Origin: Thermodesulfobacteriota bacterium
GTDB taxonomy: Bacteria; Desulfobacterota; Desulfobacteria; Desulfobacterales; Desulfosudaceae
Direction of reading: 5' to 3'
NCBI GenBank assembly: GCA_049320925.1
Contig: JBMORB010000003.1
Span: 1-34,532, forward strand
DNA length: 34,532 nucleotides
Shown: in pieces, positions 1 through 9,212 of the stretch
Position numbering within the stretch: the first letter of the stretch is position 1
Layout of the letters: each line of letters begins with the position of its first letter
Program-made: the position numbers and the translations under genes
Notes under the pieces: model-generated
The model's database searches: none
The model's input: only the letters and a program-made list of their open reading frames with translations
Told to the model about the DNA's origin: nothing

Positions 1-3000
1 GGCCGTGCCGGTTGGAGATAAAGGCGGCCCGGCTGGCGCCGGCAGCCGCCATGGTGATTTCCATCAGCCGGAGCAGGAGCTTTCGCACCACAATCTCTTT
101 TGAAACGGCCTGAAGGGCCGCCACCACGGTGACGTAGTCCATCCGTTCCAGGGGCGATACGGCGTTGCGCTCCTGGGGCGCGGCGGCCAAAAGGTCGGCA
201 TACTGCTTTGCCATGTCGGAGGCCTTTGCGTCGGCCCCCCAGGCGCCATATTCCCTTCTGGCCTCGGCGAGGTATGCCCGGGCCGCCACGGTATCACCCT
301 GGGCGGCCAGAAAGTTTCCGGTAAACTCGCAGGTCAGGGCGGCCAGATGGACAAAGCCGCCGTCACGGGCCCGGGTCAAGGCCTGACGGTAGCGTTGCAT
401 CGCCCTTGAATGGCGTCCGGCCGCGCGGCTCTGTTCCGCCTCCATCAGGTGCAGCATGGGTTCGAAGTTGTCCGGCCGCAGCCGGCACCATTGTTTCATT
501 TTTTTCATGGCCCGGGCCGCGTGGCGCTTGCATCTTTGAGCCTGCTCCGATGATGTGCCGGCGGACGCCAGGCCCACGGCGCCCAGGAAAGAAAAAAAAT
601 AGTATTCGGTCAGGATCAGCGTGCCCGCGGGCCGGTAGTTTACAGCCTGAATGCGTTCGGTCACGGCCACGGCCCGGTCCCATCGGCGGTAAAAAACGAA
701 GAGCTTGAGCTGAAGCAGGAGAAACATGAACCGGAGGAGCAGGTTGCCCGTGTCGGTGGCGGCCGCGAATTCGGCCTCGGTGTTATAATCGGCTTCGTCC
801 ATGACCGCGGGGGAGGCGGTAAGTCCCTTGAGGCTCCGGTAAAACTGGCGAAGAACCCGGTAGTTGGCCACGGCAAAGGGGGAGCGGGCCCTTTGAATAA
901 AGGCTTCGTGCCGCTGGTGGTAGGCGAAGGCCTCGTCCAGATTGTCTCCCAGAAACAGGCGGACCATGAAAATGGCGTTGATGCTGTGACCGGCATAGCT
1001 GATATCCCCGGTTTTCAGCGCGTGGCGGTAGGCCTGCTTGAAATAATCGATATTTTTCCGCGCGGGCTGGTACCAGTGGCGGTTGAAAAAGGCGGATACG
1101 AAATAGGCAATGGCCTGGTAGGGGCCTGACGGCTGACGTTCCAGCAGCCGCATGCCGGTCTTGGCGTAGTTGCGGCCCATGCCGATGAACCCGAAAATCG
1201 ATCCCAGAAAGGCGCCCAGCGTGATCAGGCCGAAGGATGCGTGATGAAGAGGAAAGCCCTTTCCGGGATCTTTAATACCCATCAGGGAGCCGGAGGCGAT
1301 GATCCACAGGCACAGCAGGGGGTTGACGTAGAAGGTGGGCAGGCCGATGTTGGTCATCAGCGTCAGGATGGTGTCAAGGGTTTTGTCCGGATTTTCCGTC
1401 GCGTTCAGAATAGTGGAGACCCGGCGAAACCCCCAGGCCAGGCGCAGCCTGAACAGCAGCAGCAGCACCCGCGCCCGGCCCGGTCGCCGGGGCAGGTGAA
1501 TGTCAAGCATCTCCAGTCCCTGGCGGCCCAGCGTCAGGGCCTTGTCGATGTTGCCGGAGGCGGTGTGAAGTTCCACCATGGCGTTGTATGCTCTTGCCCG
1601 GTCCAGAAGGGACGGGGCCTTTTGCAGCAGCAGGCCGAACAGTCGCTCCGATTCGGCAAAGGCGCCCAGGACAAACTCGCACCGGGCCAGACCGCCATAA
1701 ATACCGGCGGCCAGGTCGTGGTGGGTCTCCCATGCCGTCTCCGGCAGCAGATTCAGCGCATGGCGAAAGTAAGCGGCCGCGCTTTCGAAAGAAATGGCCT
1801 CCATGGCGACCCGTCCTGCCTCGAGGTTGAGGCGGGCAAGGTAGATGCTTTCGGCCGGGGTCAGAGATGGCGGCATGCCGAGCCGAAGCTGGTGAACAAT
1901 ATCAAATATTATTTTCCCGGCGGCTTCGGGCGGCTTGTTTGCGATCAAGGCGCTTCCAAGGGCCCAGTGGATTTGTTTTGCCTGTTGTTCGGAAAGGGTC
2001 TGATAAACGGCCTGCAGAATGTGGTCGTGGGTAAACTCCCATGCCGGTTTCTCGGCCGGACCGGAGGCGGCCGGCGCGTCGGTAACGGCGCGGACCAGGC
2101 CGGCATCAACGGCCGCCTGCACATGGGCCAGGATGTCGGACCGGTCGCGGCCAAGCACCATGGCCAGCAGGTCCGGATCGATCCGGTTGCCCACGCAAGC
2201 CGCGGCCTGAAGCACCGACAGGGTCGGGTCCGGCAGGTTGTCGATGGCCGAAGAAAGCAGCCGGGCCACGTTGTCGGTGATGTCGGCGGCGGCGATGCGC
2301 TCCGTTTCCCAGGCCCAGCCGCCCCGGCGCATGTCATAATGGATCAGGCCGGAGGCGTGCAAAGACCCCAGAAACTGGCGGATGAAAAAGGGGTTGCCTC
2401 CGGTTTTTTCAAAGACGATGCGGGCCAGCGGCGCCACGGCGGCGGAAGTCTGGCAAAGCGTGTCCGCCACCATGGCCGTGGTCTGGCCGGGATCCAGGGG
2501 TCTGAGGGGCAGGATTTCCACCGGAACGCTGGTCCGCTGCAGTTTTTCCAGAAAGCGCCGAAGCGGATGGGCGTCGTCTACCTCGCTGTCGCGGCAGGTG
2601 CCCAGTATCATGCAGTAAGGTCGCCGCCGGATCAGCATAAAGGCGATGCCGTGCTCCAGGGTTCCCCGGTCGGCCCACTGGAGGTCGTCGAGAAAAAAAA
2701 CCATGGGGTGCTCCTTGGCCAGAAACAGGGAGCCGAACTTTTCCATGACCAGGGCCAGCCGCATGTTGGCTTCCACGGGAGGAAGCTCCCCCAGGGGAGG
2801 CTGTTTGCCGATAATGGTTTCCATTTCCGGAATCATGTCCAGCAGAATCTGGCCGTTGGGCGAAACCGCCGACAGTATTTTTTCCCGCCACGCCTGAATT
2901 TTGTCCGGGCTCTGGCTCAGCAGCCATCGGGCAAGGCTGGACAGGGCGTTTTTGGACGCGCTGATGGGAACGGTCTGTTGCTGCCGGTCAAATTTGCCGG

Positions 3001-4120
3001 TGAGAAATATTCCACCGCACTCGCGGACATAGCGGCTCAGCCGGCGAACCACCTCGGTTTTGCCGACACCGGTTTCCCCGGTCACCACCGCCACGCAGGT
3101 GTCACCCGCGCGGACCCGGTCGAAACAGTCCTTCAGGGAATCCATGACCGATTCGCGGCCGTAAATCCAGTCGGGAAGGGTAAACACCGGAGACACGTCC
3201 CGTCGTCCCGGCACGAAGTCCGGCACCGAGGGGCTCGTATCGAACCGGCCGGCAAGCGCGGCCAGATCGGCCAGCAGGCCGGCGGCGCTCTGATAGCGGT
3301 CCTCCGGATCCTTGGCCAGCAGCTTGAGCACCAGACGGGAAAGTGAGGCGTCCAGGGAGGAATTGATTTCCGAGGGCGGCAGAGGGGCGCGGGCCGTGTG
3401 TCCATAGAGTACGCCGGAGGGGTCGGCGGCGGGAAACGGATGCGCGCCGGTCAGCATTTCATAAAACAGCACGCCCAGAGAATAGAGGTTGGCGCGAAAG
3501 TCAACGGCATGGTCCATGCGGCCGGCCTGTTCCGGCGCCAGGTAGGGAAGCGCCGATTCGGCGGCGCCGGACGGGCTTCCGTCGAGTTCAGGGATCCAGG
3601 CGTGATCCCAGGCCAGTCCGTCAAGCACAAAACGCCTGGAGTCGGGGCACAACAGAAACGCATGGGGGGTAACGCCCCGGTGCAGGAGCCCGCCGGCGTG
3701 AATATCCCGTATCGCTTCGGTCATTTGAGCGGCCAGCAGACAAAACGTCTGGTTCGGCCGGTGTTCCTTTGAAAGTTTCCGGTGAAAGGACGGTAGCAGA
3801 TCGTGCAGGGGCGTTCCGTCGAACGCCTTCTGAATGACCACCATGCAGAAGGTTTGATGAATGTGAATTTCCCGGTAGTCGAGGATGCCGAGAACGTGAT
3901 CGGAGGAAAGGCGGGCCAGCCGTGCCACCTGGTCCGACAGGCGTTTAACCGCTTCTGAAGCATGGGTGTTTGCGGTCAGAAGCCGCGCCACCACCGGGTG
4001 GCCGGTGTCGCGGTCCACGGCGGTGAACGTGGCCGACCCCCCGTTTATTTCCGTCTCCACAAACCGGTCGTAGCGATGGGCAAGGTGCTGCCTTGCAATA
4101 TCGCCCAGCGGATGGCCCAT
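1..4120 (-). CDS. Large multidomain signalling protein: N-terminal Ser/Thr kinase-like (pseudokinase) domain, AAA/P-loop ATPase domain, helical TPR-like region, start of a GAF domain; truncated by the window edge
   Basis: Not in the ORF track because it runs off the window. Manual translation from ATG 4120 (GGGGG SD-like motif upstream) gives MGHPLGDIARQHLAHRYDRF..., kinase-like LPYLAPEQAGRMDHAVDFRANLYSLGVLFYEMLTG and KLLAKDPEDRYQSA, Walker A GETGVGKT, Walker B FFLDDLQWAD, and GAF start MDYVTVVAALQAVSKEIVVRKLL. I translated about 2600-4120 and 1-990 by hand; continuity in between is supported by same-frame antisense shadow ORFs (893, 1241, 3398, 3962). Confidence 0.9.
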   Translation of the reverse strand, partial: MGHPLGDIARQHLAHRYDRFVETEINGGSATFTAVDRDTGHPVVARLLTANTHASEAVKRLSDQVARLARLSSDHVLGILDYREIHIHQTFCMVVIQKAFDGTPLHDLLPSFHRKLSKEHRPNQTFCLLAAQMTEAIRDIHAGGLLHRGVTPHAFLLCPDSRRFVLDGLAWDHAWIPELDGSPSGAAESALPYLAPEQAGRMDHAVDFRANLYSLGVLFYEMLTGAHPFPAADPSGVLYGHTARAPLPPSEINSSLDASLSRLVLKLLAKDPEDRYQSAAGLLADLAALAGRFDTSPSVPDFVPGRRDVSPVFTLPDWIYGRESVMDSLKDCFDRVRAGDTCVAVVTGETGVGKTEVVRRLSRYVRECGGIFLTGKFDRQQQTVPISASKNALSSLARWLLSQSPDKIQAWREKILSAVSPNGQILLDMIPEMETIIGKQPPLGELPPVEANMRLALVMEKFGSLFLAKEHPMVFFLDDLQWADRGTLEHGIAFMLIRRRPYCMILGTCRDSEVDDAHPLRRFLEKLQRTSVPVEILPLRPLDPGQTTAMVADTLCQTSAAVAPLARIVFEKTGGNPFFIRQFLGSLHASGLIHYDMRRGGWAWETERIAAADITDNVARLLSSAIDNLPDPTLSVLQAAACVGNRIDPDLLAMVLGRDRSDILAHVQAAVDAGLVRAVTDAPAASGPAEKPAWEFTHDHILQAVYQTLSEQQAKQIHWALGSALIANKPPEAAGKIIFDIVHQLRLGMPPSLTPAESIYLARLNLEAGRVAMEAISFESAAAYFRHALNLLPETAWETHHDLAAGIYGGLARCEFVLGAFAESERLFGLLLQKAPSLLDRARAYNAMVELHTASGNIDKALTLGRQGLEMLDIHLPRRPGRARVLLLLFRLRLAWGFRRVSTILNATENPDKTLDTILTLMTNIGLPTFYVNPLLCLWIIASGSLMGIKDPGKGFPLHHASFGLITLGAFLGSIFGFIGMGRNYAKTGMRLLERQPSGPYQAIAYFVSAFFNRHWYQPARKNIDYFKQAYRHALKTGDISYAGHSINAIFMVRLFLGDNLDEAFAYHQRHEAFIQRARSPFAVANYRVLRQFYRSLKGLTASPAVMDEADYNTEAEFAAATDTGNLLLRFMFLLLQLKLFVFYRRWDRAVAVTERIQAVNYRPAGTLILTEYYFFSFLGAVGLASAGTSSEQAQRCKRHAARAMKKMKQWCRLRPDNFEPMLHLMEAEQSRAAGRHSRAMQRYRQALTRARDGGFVHLAALTCEFTGNFLAAQGDTVAARAYLAEARREYGAWGADAKASDMAKQYADLLAAAPQERNAVSPLERMDYVTVVAALQAVSKEIVVRKLLLRLMEITMAAAGASRAAFISNRHG

Positions 4121-4256
4121 GGTCCCCCCGTTTTTACAAAGGGTCTGCGGCAACGGGCGCTACATGCCTGCCCGTACGTTCAGGAATTGGTGTGGCCGCG
4201 ATTTATATAAACCCGCCGGTGTTCCGGCAGGCCGTTATCCCATGGGCCGGGCCGTT

Positions 4257-5174
4257 TTACTGCCGGGGTCCGGCGTCGATGTTTTCCCCGGCCGAGGCCG
4301 GAGGCAAGTTTCCCTTGATCAGGAAGTTTTCCTGAAGCGACTGAATGATCCGGTCCGTGCTTTCCACGGCGCCGCGGATTTCGTCAATACCCAGGCTGGT
4401 GGAGTGGGTGATTTTGGGAATGTCGTAGCTGGCGTCCTCCACATTAACAAGGGCGGCCTTTACCCGCTGCAGGCTGGCCGCCACGTCGGTCAGCAGGGTT
4501 CGAAGGTCGGTGAGGTTGAAGTAGAGTTCGTTGCCGATCTTGTTGAAGGTGACCAGGTTGGTGTTGACATGGTCCATGGCCAGAGGGGTCTTGGCCGTGG
4601 CTTCGGCAAGGTTTGAAAGAAGGGCCTCCAGCTCCGCGAAGGAGGAAAACAGGGGGCCTTCGGGGTCGCGCAGGGCGTCGGTGATCTCGGAAATGTTCTG
4701 CACGGCGGTGGAGAGTTTTTTGGCGGTCTGCTCCACCTGGAACTCCACCAGCAGGTCCTCGATCGATTTTTTGGGGATGGCCTTTATTTCGCCACCTTCC
4801 TCCAGGGCCGGTCCCTTTGCCGCTCCCGGAACAACGGCCACATATTCGTCGCCGATGAAGGTGGGGCTTTTGACCGTCACCGCCGTGTCCTGCGTGATGC
4901 GGGCCTGGTAGTCCTCCAGGATTTTCAGGGTGATGCGAACCTTGTCTTCCGTGAGGTCGATTCTGGAAACCTTGCCGATGGAGGCCTTCTGAAGCTTGAC
5001 GTCGGCGTTTTCCTGAAGGTTGTAGCTCTCATCAAACACGGCGTAATAGGTGACATAGGATTTGAACCAGTTTTTTCCGCGGCCGATGAGCACCACCGTT
5101 GAAAAGAGCAGAACGATGACGCTTAACACGAAAACACCGACGATTTTTTCTCTTCTGCTGTAGGTCAGTTCCAT
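4257..5174 (-). CDS. mlaD: MlaD/MCE-family protein (single TM anchor, MCE domain, long helical C-terminal region)
   Basis: N-terminal REKIVGVFVLSVIVLLFSTVVLIG; MCE-like ENADVKLQKASIGKVSRIDL...SPTFIGDEYVAVVPG; heptad-rich helical tail; downstream of mlaE and an ABC-like gene. Start set at ATG 5174. Confidence 0.9.
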   Translation of the reverse strand: MELTYSRREKIVGVFVLSVIVLLFSTVVLIGRGKNWFKSYVTYYAVFDESYNLQENADVKLQKASIGKVSRIDLTEDKVRITLKILEDYQARITQDTAVTVKSPTFIGDEYVAVVPGAAKGPALEEGGEIKAIPKKSIEDLLVEFQVEQTAKKLSTAVQNISEITDALRDPEGPLFSSFAELEALLSNLAEATAKTPLAMDHVNTNLVTFNKIGNELYFNLTDLRTLLTDVAASLQRVKAALVNVEDASYDIPKITHSTSLGIDEIRGAVESTDRIIQSLQENFLIKGNLPPASAGENIDAGPRQ

Positions 5175-5191
5175 AGGTCGTTCCAACAGGC

Positions 5192-5854
5192 TTACGAGAG
5201 GGACACCTTTTCCCCCTTGATGGTAATTTTTCCGGAAGCGGAAAAACTTTCACAAAAAGCCCTGTCCCGGGAAAATATCACCAGAGGCGTGCCGGACACA
5301 AGGGCTTGTTGCAGCAGGTTGACAAACATCCACTGCCGGTCCGGCGGCACAACCTCTTCCGGCCACTCCACCAGCAGGACATCCGGGTTTTTTGAAAACT
5401 CCCGAACGGCCATGGCCAGGCGCAGGTCCCAGTGGTTGGCTTCGGTGACCTTCTGGTCCAGACGGTTGCGGATGTGAAACAGCACGCACATTTCCTCTGC
5501 CTTTTTATCCAGGGCCAGAGAGAGGGAGTTTTCTTCAAAGTACCTGGGAAGCAGAAGGTTTTCCAGAATGGTCCGGTTGCTCAACAATACGTTCCGGGGG
5601 GAGACATAACCGATTTTTTTTTTGAAGGAAAGCAGGTTCTGATAGTTGGAAAAATCCAGGACTGTGCCGCGAAACCGGTAGGTGCCGTCCGCCGGCCGGA
5701 CCAGGGTGGCCAGCGCCGCAAAGAAAAGCCCCGCGCTTTCCCGATGATCTGAGAAGACAAACCAGCACTCGCCACTCGACACAGACAGGTCGATGTGTTC
5801 CAGGCTCACCTCCGCCTGGCGGACCGTATAGTCAGACAGATCGATAAGGGGCAT
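5192..5854 (-). CDS. MlaF-like ABC ATP-binding-fold protein with degenerate catalytic motifs (probable pseudo-ATPase)
   Basis: ABC scaffold is recognisable (EHIDLSVSSGE, LVRPADGTYRFRG, KKKIGYVS, RTILENLLLP, KNPDVLLVEWP, GTPLVIFSRD) between mlaE and mlaD. Start set at ATG 5854, which avoids overlap with mlaE. Confidence 0.8.
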   Translation of the reverse strand: MPLIDLSDYTVRQAEVSLEHIDLSVSSGECWFVFSDHRESAGLFFAALATLVRPADGTYRFRGTVLDFSNYQNLLSFKKKIGYVSPRNVLLSNRTILENLLLPRYFEENSLSLALDKKAEEMCVLFHIRNRLDQKVTEANHWDLRLAMAVREFSKNPDVLLVEWPEEVVPPDRQWMFVNLLQQALVSGTPLVIFSRDRAFCESFSASGKITIKGEKVSLS

Positions 5855-5888
5855 GAACTTTTTGTCCGGCGGCGGGGAACCCCCGTCG

Positions 5889-6665
5889 TTAAAAATAGAA
5901 AATTCCGGATATAAAGAGGTTGATAAAAATACAGTAAAAGAAGCACTCAATCGCCGCCATGGAAGTGATCTTCGGAATGATGGTGATCCGCTTTCTTGCC
6001 TCAAACCCGTAATACAGGGTAATCACGGAAATCACCACGCCGAAACACAGGGCCTTGACGATGCCCACCACAATGTCGGCGCCGGTGATGGCCTCCGCCA
6101 TCTGGGAGAGATAGTTGTTCACCGGCACATCGGTGGTCAGCCGGACAATGCCGTAGCCGCCGAAAATCGCCATCAGGTCAAACACGATAAAAAGGCACAC
6201 GATGGCAGATGTGATGCCGATGCACCGGGGAACGGCCAGCAGTCGTAAAGGATCAATGCCGGCCATTTCCAGGGAATCAATTTCATTTAATACGTTCATG
6301 TAGCCGATTTCAATGGCAACGGCCGTGGCGGATCGCAAAATCACCAACATGGCGGTGACCACCGGGCCGATTTCCCGGACGATCAGAATGATCATCAGCT
6401 TGCCCAGATCGATCTGTCCTGAAAATTTGGAAAACTGGACCAGCATCATGCTGCCGGTCAGAAGCGACAGGGGAATAATTAGAAACAGGGCCTGAACGGC
6501 GGTAAAATACACCTGCTCCACCACGCCCCAGCGGACCACGGCCCGGCCCTTGAGGGGCGCTGAGAGCATCAGCGTCCAGAGGCTGATCGCGAACGCGGCA
6601 AGGTTGGACGCGTGATCCACGTAGGTCAGGGTTTTTCGCCCGATGTATCCGGTCAGGCTGTTCAT
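5889..6665 (-). CDS. mlaE: MlaE-family ABC transporter permease
   Basis: Motifs EQVYFTAVQAL, IVREIGPVVTAMLVILRSATAVAIEIGYM, NEIDSLEMAGIDPLRLLAVPR, KALCFG; several TM segments. Start set at ATG 6665. Confidence 0.92.
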   Translation of the reverse strand: MNSLTGYIGRKTLTYVDHASNLAAFAISLWTLMLSAPLKGRAVVRWGVVEQVYFTAVQALFLIIPLSLLTGSMMLVQFSKFSGQIDLGKLMIILIVREIGPVVTAMLVILRSATAVAIEIGYMNVLNEIDSLEMAGIDPLRLLAVPRCIGITSAIVCLFIVFDLMAIFGGYGIVRLTTDVPVNNYLSQMAEAITGADIVVGIVKALCFGVVISVITLYYGFEARKRITIIPKITSMAAIECFFYCIFINLFISGIFYF

Positions 6666-6754
6666 GCAAAAACCCCTTTCAGCAAAGAGGGCCGAAGCTG
6701 CCGGCGGTTTGGGCCGGCCCCCATATTTACAAACAAATTCAAGCGCAAAGCGCA

Positions 6755-6783
6755 TTGACTTATCGGCATTTTTACACTATAAC
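6755..6783 (+). promoter_or_regulatory. Putative sigma70 promoter for the cyclase operon
   Basis: TTGACT-N17-TATAAC in the divergent mlaE/cyclase intergenic region. Confidence 0.6.
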
Positions 6784-6906
6784 GTCGACTTAAGCAACAC
6801 GAAATCGCGGGCACCGGAGAGGGTGCCGCGAAAAAGGAAGACACCGGAGGCCCGGCTCGCCCGAAAAAACTCCGCTGATCCGCAACCCCTAATTTAAAGC
6901 GGCAAC

Positions 6907-9183
6907 ATGTCACCCATAAAAAAAAGCATTCAGGCGGTAAAGACGGTTTTCAGCCGCAGGCCCCTGCTTCTTTCTTTCTGCGTCGTGGCCCTGGGGGCGT
7001 TCGTCTTCATGTCGGGGATCAGTTTTTTAGACATTATCGAATTAAAAACCATCGACATGCGGTTCAAGTTCCGGGGAAGCAAGCCGCCGGGCGACAAGGT
7101 GGTGCTGGCCGCCATTGATGAAAAAAGCCTGAAGCAGGAAGGCCGGTGGGTCTGGCCCCGCACCAAAATAGCGGCCCTGGTGAACAAGCTTTCTGAAAAA
7201 GGGGCCCGGGTCATTGCCTTTGATGTGGGGTTCTTTGAGCCGGAAAGCTCGGAGGTGATTCGCACCATCGAGCGGATTCAGACGGCATCCAGAAACAACG
7301 ATATTCGCAATCAGCGGTTTGACGAATACCTGGCCACCCTGAAAAACCGGTCGGACAACGACCGCGTTCTGGTGGAGGCCATCAAAAACTCAAAAGCAAC
7401 GGTGGTGCTGGGATTCTTTTTTCAGATGAATCCCGAGGACGCGCTGCATATCTCGCCGGAAGAGCTTGAAATCCACACCCGGCAGATCGCCGGCGCCCGT
7501 TATACCCTTGAGCGGTTCAGTTCGGACCGGGCCAGGGAGGCATGGCTTTACCGGGTGGCGGCCCCTCAGTCCAACATCCGGCGGATTTCGGAAAGCACCC
7601 CCTATGCCGGTTATTTTAACAAGCTGGCCGATCCGGATGGCGTGGTGCGCCGCATGACCATGGTCATGCAGTTCAACAACACCCTTTATGCCCCCCTTTC
7701 CCTGAAAGCGGTGTCCGCCTATCTGGACCAGCCCACGGCCATTTCAGTGGAAGAGGATTACGGCGTGGCCTCCCTGCAACTGGGGGATCTCGCCATTCCA
7801 GTGGATGAGCGGGGCGACTTTTTGATCAACTACCGGGGGCCGGAAAAGACTTTTCCCCATATCCCGGTCACCGATATTCTCAATGACCAAGTGGATGAAA
7901 GCCTGATCCGGGACAAGGTTGTCCTGGTTGGAGCCACGGCCATCGGCATTCATGACGAGTGCGTGGCGCCGGTGGCCAAGGTGTTTCCCGGACCCGAGGT
8001 CCATCTTAACGTGATCGATTCCATCCTGAACAAGGACTTTCTGTTTCATCCGGCCTGGGCCGCCCTGTTTGACCTGGTGGTCATTGTGTGCGGCGGCATG
8101 CTCCTGGCCTATGTGCTGCTCAAGGCCAGCGCCCTGACCGGCGGCATCGTGATGATCGCCATGTTCGGCGGATATGTGTGGCTGTGCCAGTATTTCTTTA
8201 CCCACATGGGCTGGCTTCTCAATATGGTTTATCCCCTGTGCGTGTTTCTGGCCGTTTACGTGCTGGTGACTTCTTATAAATACCTGTCGGAAGAGGGGCA
8301 GAAAAAGTTTATCAGGGAAGCCTTTTCCAAGTATCTGTCGCCGGACGTGGTCAATCAGCTGATATCCTCTCCCCACAAGCTGGTCCTGGGCGGCGAGCGC
8401 CGGGAAATCACCGCTTTTTTCTCGGATGTTCAGAGCTTTACTTCCATTTCCGAAAAACTGGCGCCAGAGGAACTGGTGGAGCTGCTCAATGACTTTTTAA
8501 CCGAGGTCACGGATATCATCATGCGTCACAAAGGGGCGGTGGACAAGTTTGAGGGCGACGCGGTGATCGCCTTTTTTGGCGCGCCCAACGATCTCCCCGA
8601 TCATCCCAAAGCGGCCTGCCTTGCCTGCGTGGATATTCAGAAACGCATGGTCGAGCTTCGGGCGAAATGGCGGGCGGAAGGCAAGCCGGAACTCAAGGTG
8701 CGCATTGGTCTTTATTCCGGCACGGCGGTGGTGGGCAACATGGGGTCTCGAAACCGCATGGACTACACCATGATGGGCGACACCGTGAATACCGCGGCCC
8801 GGCTGGAGGGTGTCAACAAAATTTATGGCACCTACACCATGATCGGCCAGCCCACCTATGAAGCCGCGGCCGGCGCCATTTTTGCGCGGGAGCTGGACGC
8901 GGTTACCGTGGTGGGTAAAAAAATACCGGTGGCCATTTACGAGGTGCTCGGCCGCCGGGATGACGTGAGTGAAGCCGTGGTAAAAACCACCGAGGCCTAT
9001 GCGAGAGGGCTTGCGGAATACCGGCATCGAAACTGGGACAAGGCCATTCAGGAGTTTAACGAGGCACTGGCCGTCACTCCTGAAGACGGTCCCAGCCTGG
9101 CCATGATCCGGCGCTGCGAGGCGTTTCGCGTCAACCCGCCGCCCGAAGACTGGAATGGTGCCTACTCCATGACCACCAAGTAG
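6907..9183 (+). CDS. CHASE2-domain class III adenylate cyclase (TM - periplasmic CHASE2 - 3 TM - cyclase - TPR-like tail)
   Basis: CHASE2 motifs VVLAAIDEKSLKQEGRWVWPR, GARVIAFDVGFFEP, DPDGVVRR, DKVVLVGATA, PGPEVH. Cyclase motifs FFSDVQSFT, VDKFEGDAV, DYTMMGDTVNTAARLEG; Lys and Thr at the specificity positions indicate ATP as substrate. Confidence 0.95.
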   Translation: MSPIKKSIQAVKTVFSRRPLLLSFCVVALGAFVFMSGISFLDIIELKTIDMRFKFRGSKPPGDKVVLAAIDEKSLKQEGRWVWPRTKIAALVNKLSEKGARVIAFDVGFFEPESSEVIRTIERIQTASRNNDIRNQRFDEYLATLKNRSDNDRVLVEAIKNSKATVVLGFFFQMNPEDALHISPEELEIHTRQIAGARYTLERFSSDRAREAWLYRVAAPQSNIRRISESTPYAGYFNKLADPDGVVRRMTMVMQFNNTLYAPLSLKAVSAYLDQPTAISVEEDYGVASLQLGDLAIPVDERGDFLINYRGPEKTFPHIPVTDILNDQVDESLIRDKVVLVGATAIGIHDECVAPVAKVFPGPEVHLNVIDSILNKDFLFHPAWAALFDLVVIVCGGMLLAYVLLKASALTGGIVMIAMFGGYVWLCQYFFTHMGWLLNMVYPLCVFLAVYVLVTSYKYLSEEGQKKFIREAFSKYLSPDVVNQLISSPHKLVLGGERREITAFFSDVQSFTSISEKLAPEELVELLNDFLTEVTDIIMRHKGAVDKFEGDAVIAFFGAPNDLPDHPKAACLACVDIQKRMVELRAKWRAEGKPELKVRIGLYSGTAVVGNMGSRNRMDYTMMGDTVNTAARLEGVNKIYGTYTMIGQPTYEAAAGAIFARELDAVTVVGKKIPVAIYEVLGRRDDVSEAVVKTTEAYARGLAEYRHRNWDKAIQEFNEALAVTPEDGPSLAMIRRCEAFRVNPPPEDWNGAYSMTTK

Positions 9184-9212
9184 TATGCAAAGCAAACCCT
9201 TGTTGATCACTT

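Noticed and set aside
1241-3346. 701-aa plus-strand ORF (also 893-1129, 3398-3772, 3962-4210)
   Set aside because: Codon-aligned antisense shadow of the minus-strand kinase-AAA gene; Q/H/G/V-rich with no family motifs.
1-4120. Possible pseudogene, since the ORF track shows only short minus-strand fragments
   Set aside because: The manually translated parts are open in one frame and the shadow ORFs share that frame; the gene is missing from the track only because its stop lies outside the window.
5855-6004. N-terminal extensions in the ORF track (here mlaF-like; similarly mlaE to 6755, LVIVD from 19619, tatA to 23110, hemA to 28360, MBL hydrolase to 30799, C-N hydrolase to 31632)
   Set aside because: They overlap neighbouring genes, promoters or repeats; downstream ATGs match family N-termini and/or SD sites.
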